Origin: a virus | Length of the DNA: 64,000 nucleotides | IMG/VR virus record: IMGVR_UViG_3300050821_004478 | Reading direction: 5' to 3' (one strand) | In this document: positions 8,082 to 16,902 of the stretch, piece after piece | Numbering within the stretch: position 1 is the first letter of the stretch | How the letters are laid out: every line of letters begins with the position of its first letter | Program-made: the position numbers and the translations under genes | Notes under the pieces: generated by a model | Told to the model about the DNA's origin: nothing | Databases searched by the model: none | Seen by the model: only the letters and a program-made list of their open reading frames with translations

Positions 8082-10156
8082 AGACCGCTGTCATCCTAGT
8101 CGCGACAGGCGAACGTTACGCAGGGCACATCGCGCCGATGATCGCATCTCTGAGAGATTTCTTCCCACCGTGCGATATACTCTTGTTCACCGACAGCAAA
8201 GATTCTTTTGACGCAATCAAGTTTGATTATCTGGACCTGGGATGGCCGGACGCTACCATGATGCGCTATCACGCCATCTACGAGCAGCGGGGCTTCCTGC
8301 TGGCGTATGACCACGTTTATTACATGGACGTGGACTTACGGGTCGTCAGCAAGATAGCACTCGACGAAATTTTTGCTGGCGGAATCACCGCAGTCCTACA
8401 TCCGGGTTTCCCGGAGGCTTGGGAGCGTCGCCCGCAATCTGCCGCTTACGTCGGCAATGGCTCCACATATTATCAAGGCTGCTTCGTTGGTGGAAGCACC
8501 GGCGCATTTCTTCACATGTGCGCCAGTATAAGCAAGAGCATCGACGCAGACAATGAGAAGGGAATTACCGCAGTCTGGTTCGATGAATCGCACTTGAATC
8601 GCTATCTGCACGACAACCCGCCTGGAAAGGTCTTATCTCCCGCCTACGCTTATCCGGAAGGCTGGACCGGGCTGGTCCCCAAGATTCAGCACTTAGAGAA
8701 GCCCGACCAGTCTTGGAAGGATAGCAACAAGATCGTCAGAGGCTTTTGGTCTGGTCCAGAATTAACGAACATCCAGAAACTGTGCATCCGCTCTTACATG
8801 CGGCACGGCCATGAGTTCCACTTGTATGTAACACAGCCAACGGAAGGCATCCCGAAGGGAACGGTAGTCAAAGATGCAAACGAGATTCTACCCAAGTCTA
8901 GATTAGCGGAGTTTGACAACAGCGTGCACTTCTGCGACTACTTTCGGGTCCTCCTGATCTTGAGAGAGGGCGGCTGGTATGTAGATTTGGATACGGTGTG
9001 CCTGCGCAAACTAGACTTCCCGGAGCCTTACGCCTTCGTATCAGAAGAGAAATTGGGCGCTCGTCGATCTCCCGATACGGATGTCATCCCATCTTCCGAC
9101 AAAGTCCAAGAGTATCTCAGCGGCTGCGTCTTCAAGGCACCGAAGGACGCGGAAGTTTTGAAGTACATTGCCAACAAGATCGAGAGCATGGATAAGATGC
9201 ACCCGGAAAGTTGGATATCCTTCGGCCCCGCGCTATTCAAAGAGGCCGTCCCGAAATTCGGGCTGAGCAAATATGTCAAGGCCCCGATAGTACTCGATGC
9301 CATGCGATATGATGAGATGCTGCACTTCGTATCTCCCGGACTCAAGCGATGGAATTTCACAGACCGGTCTTACTTGATTCACTTGAGAACATCTGCCTGG
9401 ACCGACGGCGCTTTGGTGCCTAATAAAATATATCACCCGAGGTCTTTGTTTGAAGAACTGAAGGTCCGAAACAGCGTAGAGACCCGAGTATCCATAGTGA
9501 TTCCTTGCTACAACATGAAGGAGTATTTGAAAGAGACCATCGAATCGGCCTTGGCGCAGACTTACAGAAACTTCGAAGTGATCGTGGTCGACGACGGCTC
9601 GATGGACAATGTTCACACAGTGTCCCAGCAGTTCGTAGATTCAATCGTGTGGATACGACAAGAAAACCAGGGACTGAATGTGGCCCGCAATACCGGAGCC
9701 AAGGCCGCCACAGGCGATTTGCTCCTATTCTTAGACGCTGACGACTTACTCGACTCCCACTATCTTGAGAAAACCGTGCCGCTTATGAAGGCAGGCGTCG
9801 GCATAGTCTCAACGGATATGCAGTACTTCGGGTTATCCGACCTGCGAATACCGACCGCCGAGACTTTGGAGCAGCAGAAAGTATCCAATCAGATGCCGTA
9901 CTGCCGCCTCATCCTTCGAGAGGCTTTCGAGCAGGCCGGTGGATACAGCATGAATCTGGATATCTGGGCCTACGGTGATTGGAATCTTTCCTTAGACATT
10001 TTGAAGCGAACTTGGAAGTGCGCTGTCCTGCATGAACCGTTATTCAAATACCGGATGCGCCCCGGCTCGATGAGGAGCATAGCGGGCCAGACTCATGAGC
10101 AGATGTGCGCAGCGATTCGAAGAAATCATCCAGACATATTCCCGGAGGGAAAGTGA
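8078..10156 (+). CDS. three-domain glycosyltransferase: GT6-like + GT32/Caps_synth-like + GT2
   Basis: aa 1-205 are paralogous to 6619..7305 (YMDVDLRV, LHPGF, ERRPQS, YYQGCFVGG, WFDESHLNRYL). The middle has FWSGPEL ... CDYFRVLLILREGGWYVDLD. The C-terminus has VSIVIPCYN ... VVDDGS ... LDADD. Confidence 0.85.
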   Translation: MKTAVILVATGERYAGHIAPMIASLRDFFPPCDILLFTDSKDSFDAIKFDYLDLGWPDATMMRYHAIYEQRGFLLAYDHVYYMDVDLRVVSKIALDEIFAGGITAVLHPGFPEAWERRPQSAAYVGNGSTYYQGCFVGGSTGAFLHMCASISKSIDADNEKGITAVWFDESHLNRYLHDNPPGKVLSPAYAYPEGWTGLVPKIQHLEKPDQSWKDSNKIVRGFWSGPELTNIQKLCIRSYMRHGHEFHLYVTQPTEGIPKGTVVKDANEILPKSRLAEFDNSVHFCDYFRVLLILREGGWYVDLDTVCLRKLDFPEPYAFVSEEKLGARRSPDTDVIPSSDKVQEYLSGCVFKAPKDAEVLKYIANKIESMDKMHPESWISFGPALFKEAVPKFGLSKYVKAPIVLDAMRYDEMLHFVSPGLKRWNFTDRSYLIHLRTSAWTDGALVPNKIYHPRSLFEELKVRNSVETRVSIVIPCYNMKEYLKETIESALAQTYRNFEVIVVDDGSMDNVHTVSQQFVDSIVWIRQENQGLNVARNTGAKAATGDLLLFLDADDLLDSHYLEKTVPLMKAGVGIVSTDMQYFGLSDLRIPTAETLEQQKVSNQMPYCRLILREAFEQAGGYSMNLDIWAYGDWNLSLDILKRTWKCAVLHEPLFKYRMRPGSMRSIAGQTHEQMCAAIRRNHPDIFPEGK

Positions 10157-11148
10157 AAATTCTCATCACAGGTGGCGCAGGATTTATTGCCGCGCATTTT
10201 GTCGATCATGTTTTGAAAACAACTGATTGGGACGTCGTCCTTCTCGACAAGTTAACGTACGCATCGAATGGTCTCCAGCGTTTAATGGAGATCGGTGCAT
10301 GGCCTAACAATCCGCGCGTCAAGATTCACGTTGCAGATGTCGCGAAACCGCTGGGCAAGTGCCTGGAGGCAGAGATCGGCCACATCGACTACCTGCTTCA
10401 CATGGCAGCTGGGACCCATGTCGACCGCTCGATTGCGTGTCCCCGCGACTTTGTGGAGGCGAATATCTTCGGAACCTTCGAGATGCTCGAATACGCCCGC
10501 CGCATCCCAGGACTCAAAAAGTTCTTCTACTTCTCGACCGACGAGGTCTTCGGGCCAGCCAAAGTTGGAGAGGCATTCAGAGAGTGGGACCGCTACAATT
10601 CGACCAATCCGTATTCCGCAACAAAGGCCGGTGGGGAGGAATTGGCACTGGCGTGGTCTAACACGTACGGCGTCCCCGTAATCATCAGCCACACGATGAA
10701 CGTTTATGGGGAGCGCCAGCATCCGGAGAAATTCATCCCACGGGTGGTCAGCGCACTTCTCAACGGAAGGACCCTCGATATCCACGTTGACCCGGTGACC
10801 GGCAATCCCGGCACAAGAAATTACCTACACTGCCAGGACGTGTCCGAGGCCGTCATGTTTTTATTGGAGCGTGGACTGAACCGTGAGAAGTACAATATCA
10901 CAGGAATGCAAGAGTATTCGAATTTGCATGTCGCTAGAGTGATCGCGAAAGTCCTAGGAAGGGAACTAGCTTATCGCGAGATTTACCCTCAAACGATTCG
11001 CCCCGGCTTCGACGTTCGATACGGTATGGACGGCAGCAAGCTGGCCGCGATGGGATGGATGCCATCGAAAAGCCTTGACACCAATCTCAAAAATACGGTA
11101 GAGTGGATGGTGCGAGCAGAAAACAGGCATTGGCTGTATTTGAAGTGA
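10153..11148 (+). CDS. NAD-dependent sugar-nucleotide 4,6-dehydratase (RmlB / dTDP-glucose 4,6-dehydratase-like SDR)
   Basis: GTG start in a GTGA overlap after GGAGGGA. Motifs ITGGAGFIAAHF, KLTYASN, STDEVFG and YSATKAGGE. Confidence 0.8.
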   Translation: MKILITGGAGFIAAHFVDHVLKTTDWDVVLLDKLTYASNGLQRLMEIGAWPNNPRVKIHVADVAKPLGKCLEAEIGHIDYLLHMAAGTHVDRSIACPRDFVEANIFGTFEMLEYARRIPGLKKFFYFSTDEVFGPAKVGEAFREWDRYNSTNPYSATKAGGEELALAWSNTYGVPVIISHTMNVYGERQHPEKFIPRVVSALLNGRTLDIHVDPVTGNPGTRNYLHCQDVSEAVMFLLERGLNREKYNITGMQEYSNLHVARVIAKVLGRELAYREIYPQTIRPGFDVRYGMDGSKLAAMGWMPSKSLDTNLKNTVEWMVRAENRHWLYLK

Positions 11149-11160
11149 TATATTTCATCA

Positions 11161-11184
11161 AAACCCCCTCATTCGGGGGGTTTC
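11161..11184 (+). terminator. candidate rho-independent terminator after the glycosyltransferase operon
   Basis: CCCCC-tcattc-GGGGG hairpin followed by TTT. Confidence 0.5.
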
Positions 11185-11200
11185 GTGACAAGGAATAACA

Positions 11201-11356
11201 ATGACAGTGCTCAATAAAATCATGTGCTTCTTTTTTGAACACGATGATGTGCCAGAAAATATACAAACACTCTTTACCGACAACGGCGGCTGGCATGATG
11301 TTGTTTATTCCTGGCGCTGCACGGTATGTAATCGACTCAGAGAATTTGAACGATAA
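11201..11356 (+). CDS. small hypothetical ORF (51 aa)
   Basis: AAGGAA RBS and a CxxC near the C-terminus. Read directly from the sequence; it is below the track cutoff. Confidence 0.3.
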   Translation: MTVLNKIMCFFFEHDDVPENIQTLFTDNGGWHDVVYSWRCTVCNRLREFER

Positions 11357-11364
11357 GGAGGATT

Positions 11365-11874
11365 ATGGCGGACTTCAATCAGGCGGTGCAGAAGACTTTA
11401 ATCAACGAGGGCGGTTTCCAAAACATCCACGGCGACAGCGGCAACTGGACCGGGGGCGAGGTCGGCAAGGGCGAACTGAGGGGCACGAAATATGGTATCA
11501 GCGCCGCCGAATTCCCCAACCTCGACATCTTCAATCTGACCCAAGATCAGGCCATCCAGATTTACCGGGAAGGCTATTGGAAGGATGGTTACTCTCAGAT
11601 CACTGATCAATTGCTGGCTGACAAACTATTCGACCTGGGTGTTCTCTTCGGCGTCGGGGAGGCCGTGAAGCTGCTACAAATCACAATGGCCAACAAGATC
11701 AGCTTAGTCACCGATGGTGAGTTTGGTCTCGGCACGCTATCGGCGGTGAACCAGTCCGCAAATCTGCTGCCCGCTTACAAGACCACGTTCATCAATCACT
11801 GCATGAATATCATCAACCACAATCCGGCGAAGGCACAGTTCGCGAATAATTGGGTACGTAGGATTAATTCGTGA
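11365..11874 (+). CDS. endolysin: GH108 N-acetylmuramidase domain plus PG_binding_3-like domain
   Basis: LINEGGF..DSGNWTGG..GTKYGIS and C-terminal FGLGTLSAVN; AAGGAGG RBS. Confidence 0.85.
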   Translation: MADFNQAVQKTLINEGGFQNIHGDSGNWTGGEVGKGELRGTKYGISAAEFPNLDIFNLTQDQAIQIYREGYWKDGYSQITDQLLADKLFDLGVLFGVGEAVKLLQITMANKISLVTDGEFGLGTLSAVNQSANLLPAYKTTFINHCMNIINHNPAKAQFANNWVRRINS

Positions 11875-12266
11875 TAACGATGGGCCGACATTGGATGAGC
11901 GCGTTGGTCTCGTGGATTCCTGGGTTGAAGCATCCCGCTACTCCCAAGATAATCTATATGAACTGCTATGAGTACGACCGGGTCCGCCGCGCCATAACCG
12001 GACGATGCAAAATCTGCAACTTTGTTGTCACCCGGGACGAGAAGGCCGTTCGAGAGTTAGTCTTTAAATGCGGAGATACATCCTGCGACTGTCAGAGGAC
12101 GGGACTTAGCAGGCCACATCCAGTTTGTCATCTGTGTTACGACATGTTCCATGCACTGTATGCGAACTATACGATGGTGAATCGGAATTATTTCAAAGAG
12201 TTAGACGATCAGGATAAAGCAAATTCCGGCGACAACCCGGAGAAACGCAGGAGGATGGGCTTATGA
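11871..12266 (+). CDS. Cys-rich hypothetical protein
   Basis: GTGA overlap start; CKICN, CGDTSCDC and CHLC clusters. Confidence 0.5.
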   Translation: MITMGRHWMSALVSWIPGLKHPATPKIIYMNCYEYDRVRRAITGRCKICNFVVTRDEKAVRELVFKCGDTSCDCQRTGLSRPHPVCHLCYDMFHALYANYTMVNRNYFKELDDQDKANSGDNPEKRRRMGL

Positions 12267-12484
12267 GGCACTTGATATCAACGATTCAATTCGCGCAAGG
12301 TTGGCTAGGAAATGAGTTGGCGAATGCTGCTAATGATATTACAGCAAATGACGGCGACACCACAATTGCAAAGAAAGTCATGGAGCAGTGGCAGGTCATC
12401 GACGAGGGGCTGGACGACGTCCTTCGAGAGAACGCTAATCTACGTCGCAAAGTACAGCTTATGAGAGAAGCACTGGCACTGTGA
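12263..12484 (+). CDS. hypothetical protein (73 aa)
   Basis: ATGA overlap start. Confidence 0.5.
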   Translation: MRHLISTIQFAQGWLGNELANAANDITANDGDTTIAKKVMEQWQVIDEGLDDVLRENANLRRKVQLMREALAL

Positions 12485-13008
12485 ACCTTCGCTGGAATAG
12501 TTTCCTGAGACGGTTCGAAGCAGAATTCTCTGGTGATTTTGCAGGAGACCTCGCCGCCGTCAAAGAAGCAGGATTCAAGACAGACGGGGCACCGGGGTGG
12601 ATATGGCACACGTTGAAGGCTGGACCTCTTACAAAGTTACGCACCCTCCGTCCCGGGTTACTCACTATCTCCCCGGAAGCCCGGGCGCAGTATACCCCTA
12701 TGGCTGCGATGGAGGAGAAGAACGCCGAGATCAAAGCCAAGGCAGCCAGCCACAACAAGGCTTCGAAGAAAAAGTTGAAGATAGCGGAGCAGATTGCAAA
12801 CGCGGTGGTGATTCCTGAGAAAGGCTACATCGATGCCTCCGACCTGCCGCCCCGCCCTCCGTATGTTTCCCCGTTTACCCCTCCCCCGCCGCCCGCCACG
12901 CTGTGCATCGTATGCGCGGCCCCCATCTATTTCTATGAACTGCAGTCCCCTCCGACCTGTCTTTGGTGTGAAAAAATAGTGCTTGACAAAACCGAAGAAG
13001 TCTGTTAG
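12481..13008 (+). CDS. hypothetical Pro-rich protein with C-terminal CxxC pairs
   Basis: GTGA overlap start; PPRPPYVSPFTPPPPPATLCIVC ... CLWC. Confidence 0.5.
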   Translation: MNLRWNSFLRRFEAEFSGDFAGDLAAVKEAGFKTDGAPGWIWHTLKAGPLTKLRTLRPGLLTISPEARAQYTPMAAMEEKNAEIKAKAASHNKASKKKLKIAEQIANAVVIPEKGYIDASDLPPRPPYVSPFTPPPPPATLCIVCAAPIYFYELQSPPTCLWCEKIVLDKTEEVC

Positions 13009-13011
13009 CCT
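12983..13011 (+). promoter_or_regulatory. sigma-70-like promoter (TTGACA-17-TAGCCT)
   Basis: Consensus -35 with a 17-nt spacer. It lies inside the 3' end of the upstream ORF, ahead of the GGAGG RBS of 13027. Confidence 0.45.
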
Positions 13012-13026
13012 ACTTTTGGAGGTATT

Positions 13027-13248
13027 ATGACAAAACTGTTCGCATCTTTAGTTATTCTTGTTGCAATGGTCCTGGGCTTATCGATGTTGATGGCATATCC
13101 CACGATGTGGATTGTGAACTATCTGTTCACCGCCCAATTACTGACTTTCGTTTTCGGTGCCGCGAAGATCGGTTTTTGGAAGGCCCTCGTTCTCAATGTA
13201 TTCTTCGGCACCGCATTCAAAAGTTCCAATTCGAGTTCAAAAGATTGA
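13027..13248 (+). CDS. small membrane protein (holin candidate)
   Basis: Two to three hydrophobic helices, a polar C-terminus, and a location in the lysis region. Confidence 0.5.
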   Translation: MTKLFASLVILVAMVLGLSMLMAYPTMWIVNYLFTAQLLTFVFGAAKIGFWKALVLNVFFGTAFKSSNSSSKD

Positions 13249-13273
13249 TCGGCTAAGCCGGAAAGAGGTAACA

Positions 13274-14497
13274 ATGAAAAAGACCATCCTAGCATTAGTT
13301 TTTCTCGCATTTGCATCGCCCGCGTTCGCGTGGAATTGTAGCGACCCGCTTGCATCACGCGTCCCGGTAGTATCTGGCACGTCCGGTTCCTTCGGGAATG
13401 GAGACGGCCAACTGTTCCTTGGCACAGGTAGCGAAGGAACGAAAGGACAACTATACCAATGTCAAGTTCCGAAACCACCGGTAACACCGCCAACACCGCC
13501 TACGGTCAATCAATCGCAGAATCAGACGCAGAACTCCTCCGCAAACTCAAATGCGACTTCGAATTCCAGCGCGAATTCGAAATCTACCTCCAGCGTAACG
13601 GGGGGCAACTCGACAAGTACATCCACAGGTGGCTCCGCGACAGCTACGGGCGGGTCTTCGGTGGTGAAGAACAGTGGCAATTCCATATTGACCAACTCAG
13701 GGAATTCATCCAATACAAACAATACCACAGCAAACGGTGGTACGGGAGGTTCCGCGAGTTCATCAAACAATTCTGCCGGTAATGTCACCAGCTTCGTCGA
13801 CAATCAGGTCCGCCAGACGCCGATGGCATACGCTCCGGACGCGGCCTTCACCACGTCACCGTGCGTGAAAGGCTTCTCAGGTGGCGTATCTCTCCCGGGT
13901 GGCGCAGGCAGTCTAGGGGTGAGCAAGACCGACAAGGGTTGCGATTCCCGACAGACCGCAGTTGTTTTCTACGCACTCGGCAACAAGACCGCAGCGGCGA
14001 GGATACTTTGCAGCAGCGATGCTGCCAGACGCGCCAAGCTGACCTTGGATGATTGCCTAGCTATCGTGGTTCCGCCAGTCCCCCAGATCGTGGTCCCACA
14101 GCCCCCAGCAGCCCCTCAGCCGCAGGTTATCGTTGTACCAGCCCCACAACCCGTTCTGGCCCCGATAGCAGCCCAGCCGTCCCCAGACTGCAATCAGCCC
14201 AAGGCGGTTCCGGTTCACTATACCCGGGTCTGCAAGGCCAGTACCAAGATCGCGACTATCGGCTTTTGCAAACTTCACAACAGCATCCCAGACCCCGGCT
14301 GCTACGTAATTCTAGACGAAGCCGTGGGCGCAATTGGGGTAAATAATAATGCAAGAATTGTCTTGACAGGCCCGGTGGAATCTGGTAGAGTGGTCTTGTA
14401 CTTGAAACAGCACAAGATCAGTTTGAACCAGATCACCTTGAAGCTGGCAGACGATCAGAACGGGACGCTTACCGTCCAGACAGAGATCGGAGAGTAA
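13274..14497 (+). CDS. secreted Ser/Thr/Asn-rich (mucin-like) and Pro-rich protein
   Basis: MKKTILALVFLAFASPAFA signal peptide after a GAAAGAGG RBS. A ~130-aa S/T/N/G tract has many N-x-S/T triplets, followed by a P-rich tract VVPPVPQIVVPQPPAAPQPQ. Confidence 0.7.
   Translation: MKKTILALVFLAFASPAFAWNCSDPLASRVPVVSGTSGSFGNGDGQLFLGTGSEGTKGQLYQCQVPKPPVTPPTPPTVNQSQNQTQNSSANSNATSNSSANSKSTSSVTGGNSTSTSTGGSATATGGSSVVKNSGNSILTNSGNSSNTNNTTANGGTGGSASSSNNSAGNVTSFVDNQVRQTPMAYAPDAAFTTSPCVKGFSGGVSLPGGAGSLGVSKTDKGCDSRQTAVVFYALGNKTAAARILCSSDAARRAKLTLDDCLAIVVPPVPQIVVPQPPAAPQPQVIVVPAPQPVLAPIAAQPSPDCNQPKAVPVHYTRVCKASTKIATIGFCKLHNSIPDPGCYVILDEAVGAIGVNNNARIVLTGPVESGRVVLYLKQHKISLNQITLKLADDQNGTLTVQTEIGE
14363..14391 (+). 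promoter_or_regulatory. sigma-70-like promoter (TTGACA-17-TAGAGT)
   Basis: Consensus -35 with a 17-nt spacer, upstream of 14499. Confidence 0.45.
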
Positions 14498-14498
14498 C

Positions 14499-14930
14499 AT
14501 GCAAAACGCGAAGGAATACATCAAGGAATTGGAGCGAAGCGGCGCTGTATTCCATCGCGTGGAGCACGTCTCCAATAAGGCGGCAACTATGTTCAACCCA
14601 GGAGAAGATTTGCAGCATCTCGTGAAGACCGCGACGGAACAGATGACGCGTCACGATGCCAGCGACGTCGCCTTTTACGACGACGAAAAGCCGGAACTGA
14701 TTCAAATTACAGCAATCTCCGACCGCGTCGTAATCGCGCGGCAGGAAGCACCTCACTACCTAGCAGGAATTAAGCCGTCCGGTCGCGCGGTGTGGACCCA
14801 CAGCATGAAACTGGCGGTGGCATTCGATACGCCGTCGCTTAAACTAGGCGAAGTGTTGGACCGTATGGAGCACTACCAGATCGATGTGCTGGCTATGCCA
14901 GCTTGCTGGTTTAGCAATCACCAGCCGTGA
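14499..14930 (+). CDS. hypothetical protein (143 aa)
   Basis: Long ORF starting 2 nt after the upstream stop. Confidence 0.55.
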   Translation: MQNAKEYIKELERSGAVFHRVEHVSNKAATMFNPGEDLQHLVKTATEQMTRHDASDVAFYDDEKPELIQITAISDRVVIARQEAPHYLAGIKPSGRAVWTHSMKLAVAFDTPSLKLGEVLDRMEHYQIDVLAMPACWFSNHQP

Positions 14931-15109
14931 GACACGACTGCTTCGCAAAGGGTAAGGCCGGGGAGTACATATGGCTATGCTCCCGCTGCCAACTCTGTTA
15001 CGTTTGTTATCACAGAGCGGTTTTCTTTTTCGACGCAGATCAGTGGATGTGGAAAACAAAGAAGGGCAAGTTCGAGGAAGTCATCTTAGACGGGAGACTA
15101 CATGAGTGA
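14927..15109 (+). CDS. small Cys-rich hypothetical protein
   Basis: GTGA overlap start. Confidence 0.4.
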   Translation: MRHDCFAKGKAGEYIWLCSRCQLCYVCYHRAVFFFDADQWMWKTKKGKFEEVILDGRLHE

Positions 15110-15440
15110 CAAAAAGCTACACAAGAAACAGCCCCAGAAGCAGGCCGCGCCGTTAACGCAGGAAGAGTTTGCCGCATTGCAGATCGCAAAGGTGAAGGCC
15201 CAAGCGGAAGCGAAGGCGGAACGAGAGCGCGTCGAACTTTTCGCTCGCGCGTTGCCGAAATTGTCCCACGGTCAACTCGTGAAGGAATTGAAGAAGGCTG
15301 TCCATAGAGAGTACGCGGGTAAGCCGCCCCAGCCCCAGGCCGGGTTGAGCATCGCCTCGGGAGCAATTTTACTTACGGTGTTGGAGAACACCAATACCCC
15401 GGAGAATCCTTTCGGAAGACTGCACTCGTACCCGCGATGA
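15102..15440 (+). CDS. hypothetical Lys/Ala-rich protein
   Basis: ORF overlaps the upstream stop by 8 nt. Confidence 0.5.
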   Translation: MSDKKLHKKQPQKQAAPLTQEEFAALQIAKVKAQAEAKAERERVELFARALPKLSHGQLVKELKKAVHREYAGKPPQPQAGLSIASGAILLTVLENTNTPENPFGRLHSYPR

Positions 15441-15580
15441 AAAACAAACGCCTCATCGAGATTATGATAAGCATTCACAAGAAGGTAGATGTGAATGCGT
15501 TGTCCGACGATCAATGGCGCGAATATCAGAAGGAACGTCAGGAAATGGAACAAGAGTTAAAGGAATATCAACGTGTTTGA
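15437..15580 (+). CDS. small hypothetical ORF (47 aa)
   Basis: ATGA overlap start. Read from the sequence; below the track cutoff. Confidence 0.35.
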   Translation: MKNKRLIEIMISIHKKVDVNALSDDQWREYQKERQEMEQELKEYQRV

Positions 15581-15659
15581 ACTGTTATTCTGCCCTCAAC
15601 ACGGGATTCCTGCAGTCGTTATCGCGTTCCTCACCGGGAGCGACCCAGGAATTTTGTAC

Positions 15660-15688
15660 TTGACATGTCAGATGCATTATGCTAGAGT
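15660..15688 (+). promoter_or_regulatory. sigma-70-like promoter (TTGACA-17-TAGAGT)
   Basis: Lies in a true intergenic gap, 28 nt upstream of the AAGGAGG RBS of 15716. Confidence 0.55.
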
Positions 15689-15715
15689 CGTATCGTTGTT
15701 CAAAAGGAGGGCCTA

Positions 15716-15970
15716 ATGGCTCAAACATTAACGGAAATACAAAGAACCTTGCTTGGCATCATCGTCGCCGTTGAATCTGGCGTTACCACACCGGAGGAGG
15801 CTGTTGACGAATTGAACAAACTGAAAGCCAAGGCCGCGAAGGCTGGTCTCAATTTCAGAGCGGATTACTTGTTGGCCGACTTCCAAGAAATTAGAAAAAA
15901 TTCCATTTCCTCGTATGAATCAAGTACATACGTGGAGCCAGTCTATGAAAGTTCTTCTTCGAGCTACTGA
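15716..15970 (+). CDS. hypothetical protein (84 aa)
   Basis: AAGGAGG RBS and its own promoter. Confidence 0.6.
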   Translation: MAQTLTEIQRTLLGIIVAVESGVTTPEEAVDELNKLKAKAAKAGLNFRADYLLADFQEIRKNSISSYESSTYVEPVYESSSSSY

Positions 15971-16902
15971 TGATTCTGATTGGCTCACAAGCACTCAAGA
16001 TTGGATTGGAAAAGATCGGTCTGCCTCTAGGCAGAGTGCCGACCGACTTCGATTTTCTCGCACGTCCAGGCGAGCGCCAATTGGCAGACCTAGTTGGAGG
16101 AGCTAATCTAACCGTTGTAAAGGTTAGCCAAGACAAAGCACTTTTGAAGTCGCCGCACGGCAATATGATCGAAATTGATTACACGCGTCCTGGGACATCA
16201 AACGTATTGTACGATCAGTGGGCCGAGACAATGGCGAAGCTAGATACCGCCGAGTTCTTTGGGATGCAGATCGAGGTCGCGCCGCTGGAGATGCTGTACA
16301 GCTTGAAGAAGTCGCATCGCCACAGTCCCCGGATGTTCGAGAAGCATGTCAAAGACTACAATGCTCTTCGCGTGATCTTTAATGGCAAGGATGCGTTCTC
16401 CAAGATTACGGCGACGCGATACGCGGAGGTCGCGGCTAGAGAAAAGCTGCGCACCCCAAGTCTAAACAAGTCCACGGTAGACTTCTTCGATGACAAAGTC
16501 TCGAATCGCACCTTCATCCACGACCAGATTCACGAGGTGATGGCGCACGGTGATCGACCGATGTTCGAGAAGATCAAGATCGACCCGGACAAGGTCGCGT
16601 GTTCCAAGGAAAAGTTTTACGCGCTGCATTATCGGGAGCGCGCCGCCTGCGTGCAAGAGGAGGCATATGTTATCGCGCTGGAGCGGGCGATGATACCGAT
16701 GCTCTTCGAGGGCGAAAAGATCGCCAATCCCCTGGCCGCATACAAGTGGGCCGTGATGCGAATCTGCACCACGCTGTGCTCTGGCTGGTTTCGCGAGTGG
16801 GCCGTGGAGAACTACGACAATATCATTCTGCTGTACAATAAGGATTACGTGGAGAAATTTTTGAAAGCGGTCGAATCGGGTCGCATTGAAAGGATAAAAT
16901 GA
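15970..16902 (+). CDS. putative nucleotidyltransferase-fold protein
   Basis: The N-terminal IGSQALK...VPTDFDF resembles the hG[GS]-x(9-13)-DxD pattern of pol-beta-type NTases, although here the G-S to D spacing is about 20 residues, longer than that canonical range. The C-terminal domain is helical. Confidence 0.35.
   Translation: MILIGSQALKIGLEKIGLPLGRVPTDFDFLARPGERQLADLVGGANLTVVKVSQDKALLKSPHGNMIEIDYTRPGTSNVLYDQWAETMAKLDTAEFFGMQIEVAPLEMLYSLKKSHRHSPRMFEKHVKDYNALRVIFNGKDAFSKITATRYAEVAAREKLRTPSLNKSTVDFFDDKVSNRTFIHDQIHEVMAHGDRPMFEKIKIDPDKVACSKEKFYALHYRERAACVQEEAYVIALERAMIPMLFEGEKIANPLAAYKWAVMRICTTLCSGWFREWAVENYDNIILLYNKDYVEKFLKAVESGRIERIK

Noticed and set aside
3968-11148. The glycosyltransferase cluster as a DNA hypermodification (base glycosylation) system.
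   Set aside because: The families present (GT2, GT6, GT11, GT31, GT32) are glycan-building enzymes rather than the known phage DNA glucosyl- or arabinosyl-transferase types. No hydroxymethylase or dNMP-modifying genes are visible in the window.
11235-11606. A 123-aa ORF overlapping the endolysin start.
   Set aside because: It is out of frame with the strongly supported GH108 endolysin (AAGGAGG RBS at 11355), and its product is Arg/Gly/Gln-rich with no RBS.
13459-13803. Alternative-frame and antisense ORFs within the S/T/N-rich tract.
   Set aside because: Low-complexity DNA keeps other frames open. The frame with the signal peptide and RBS explains the region.
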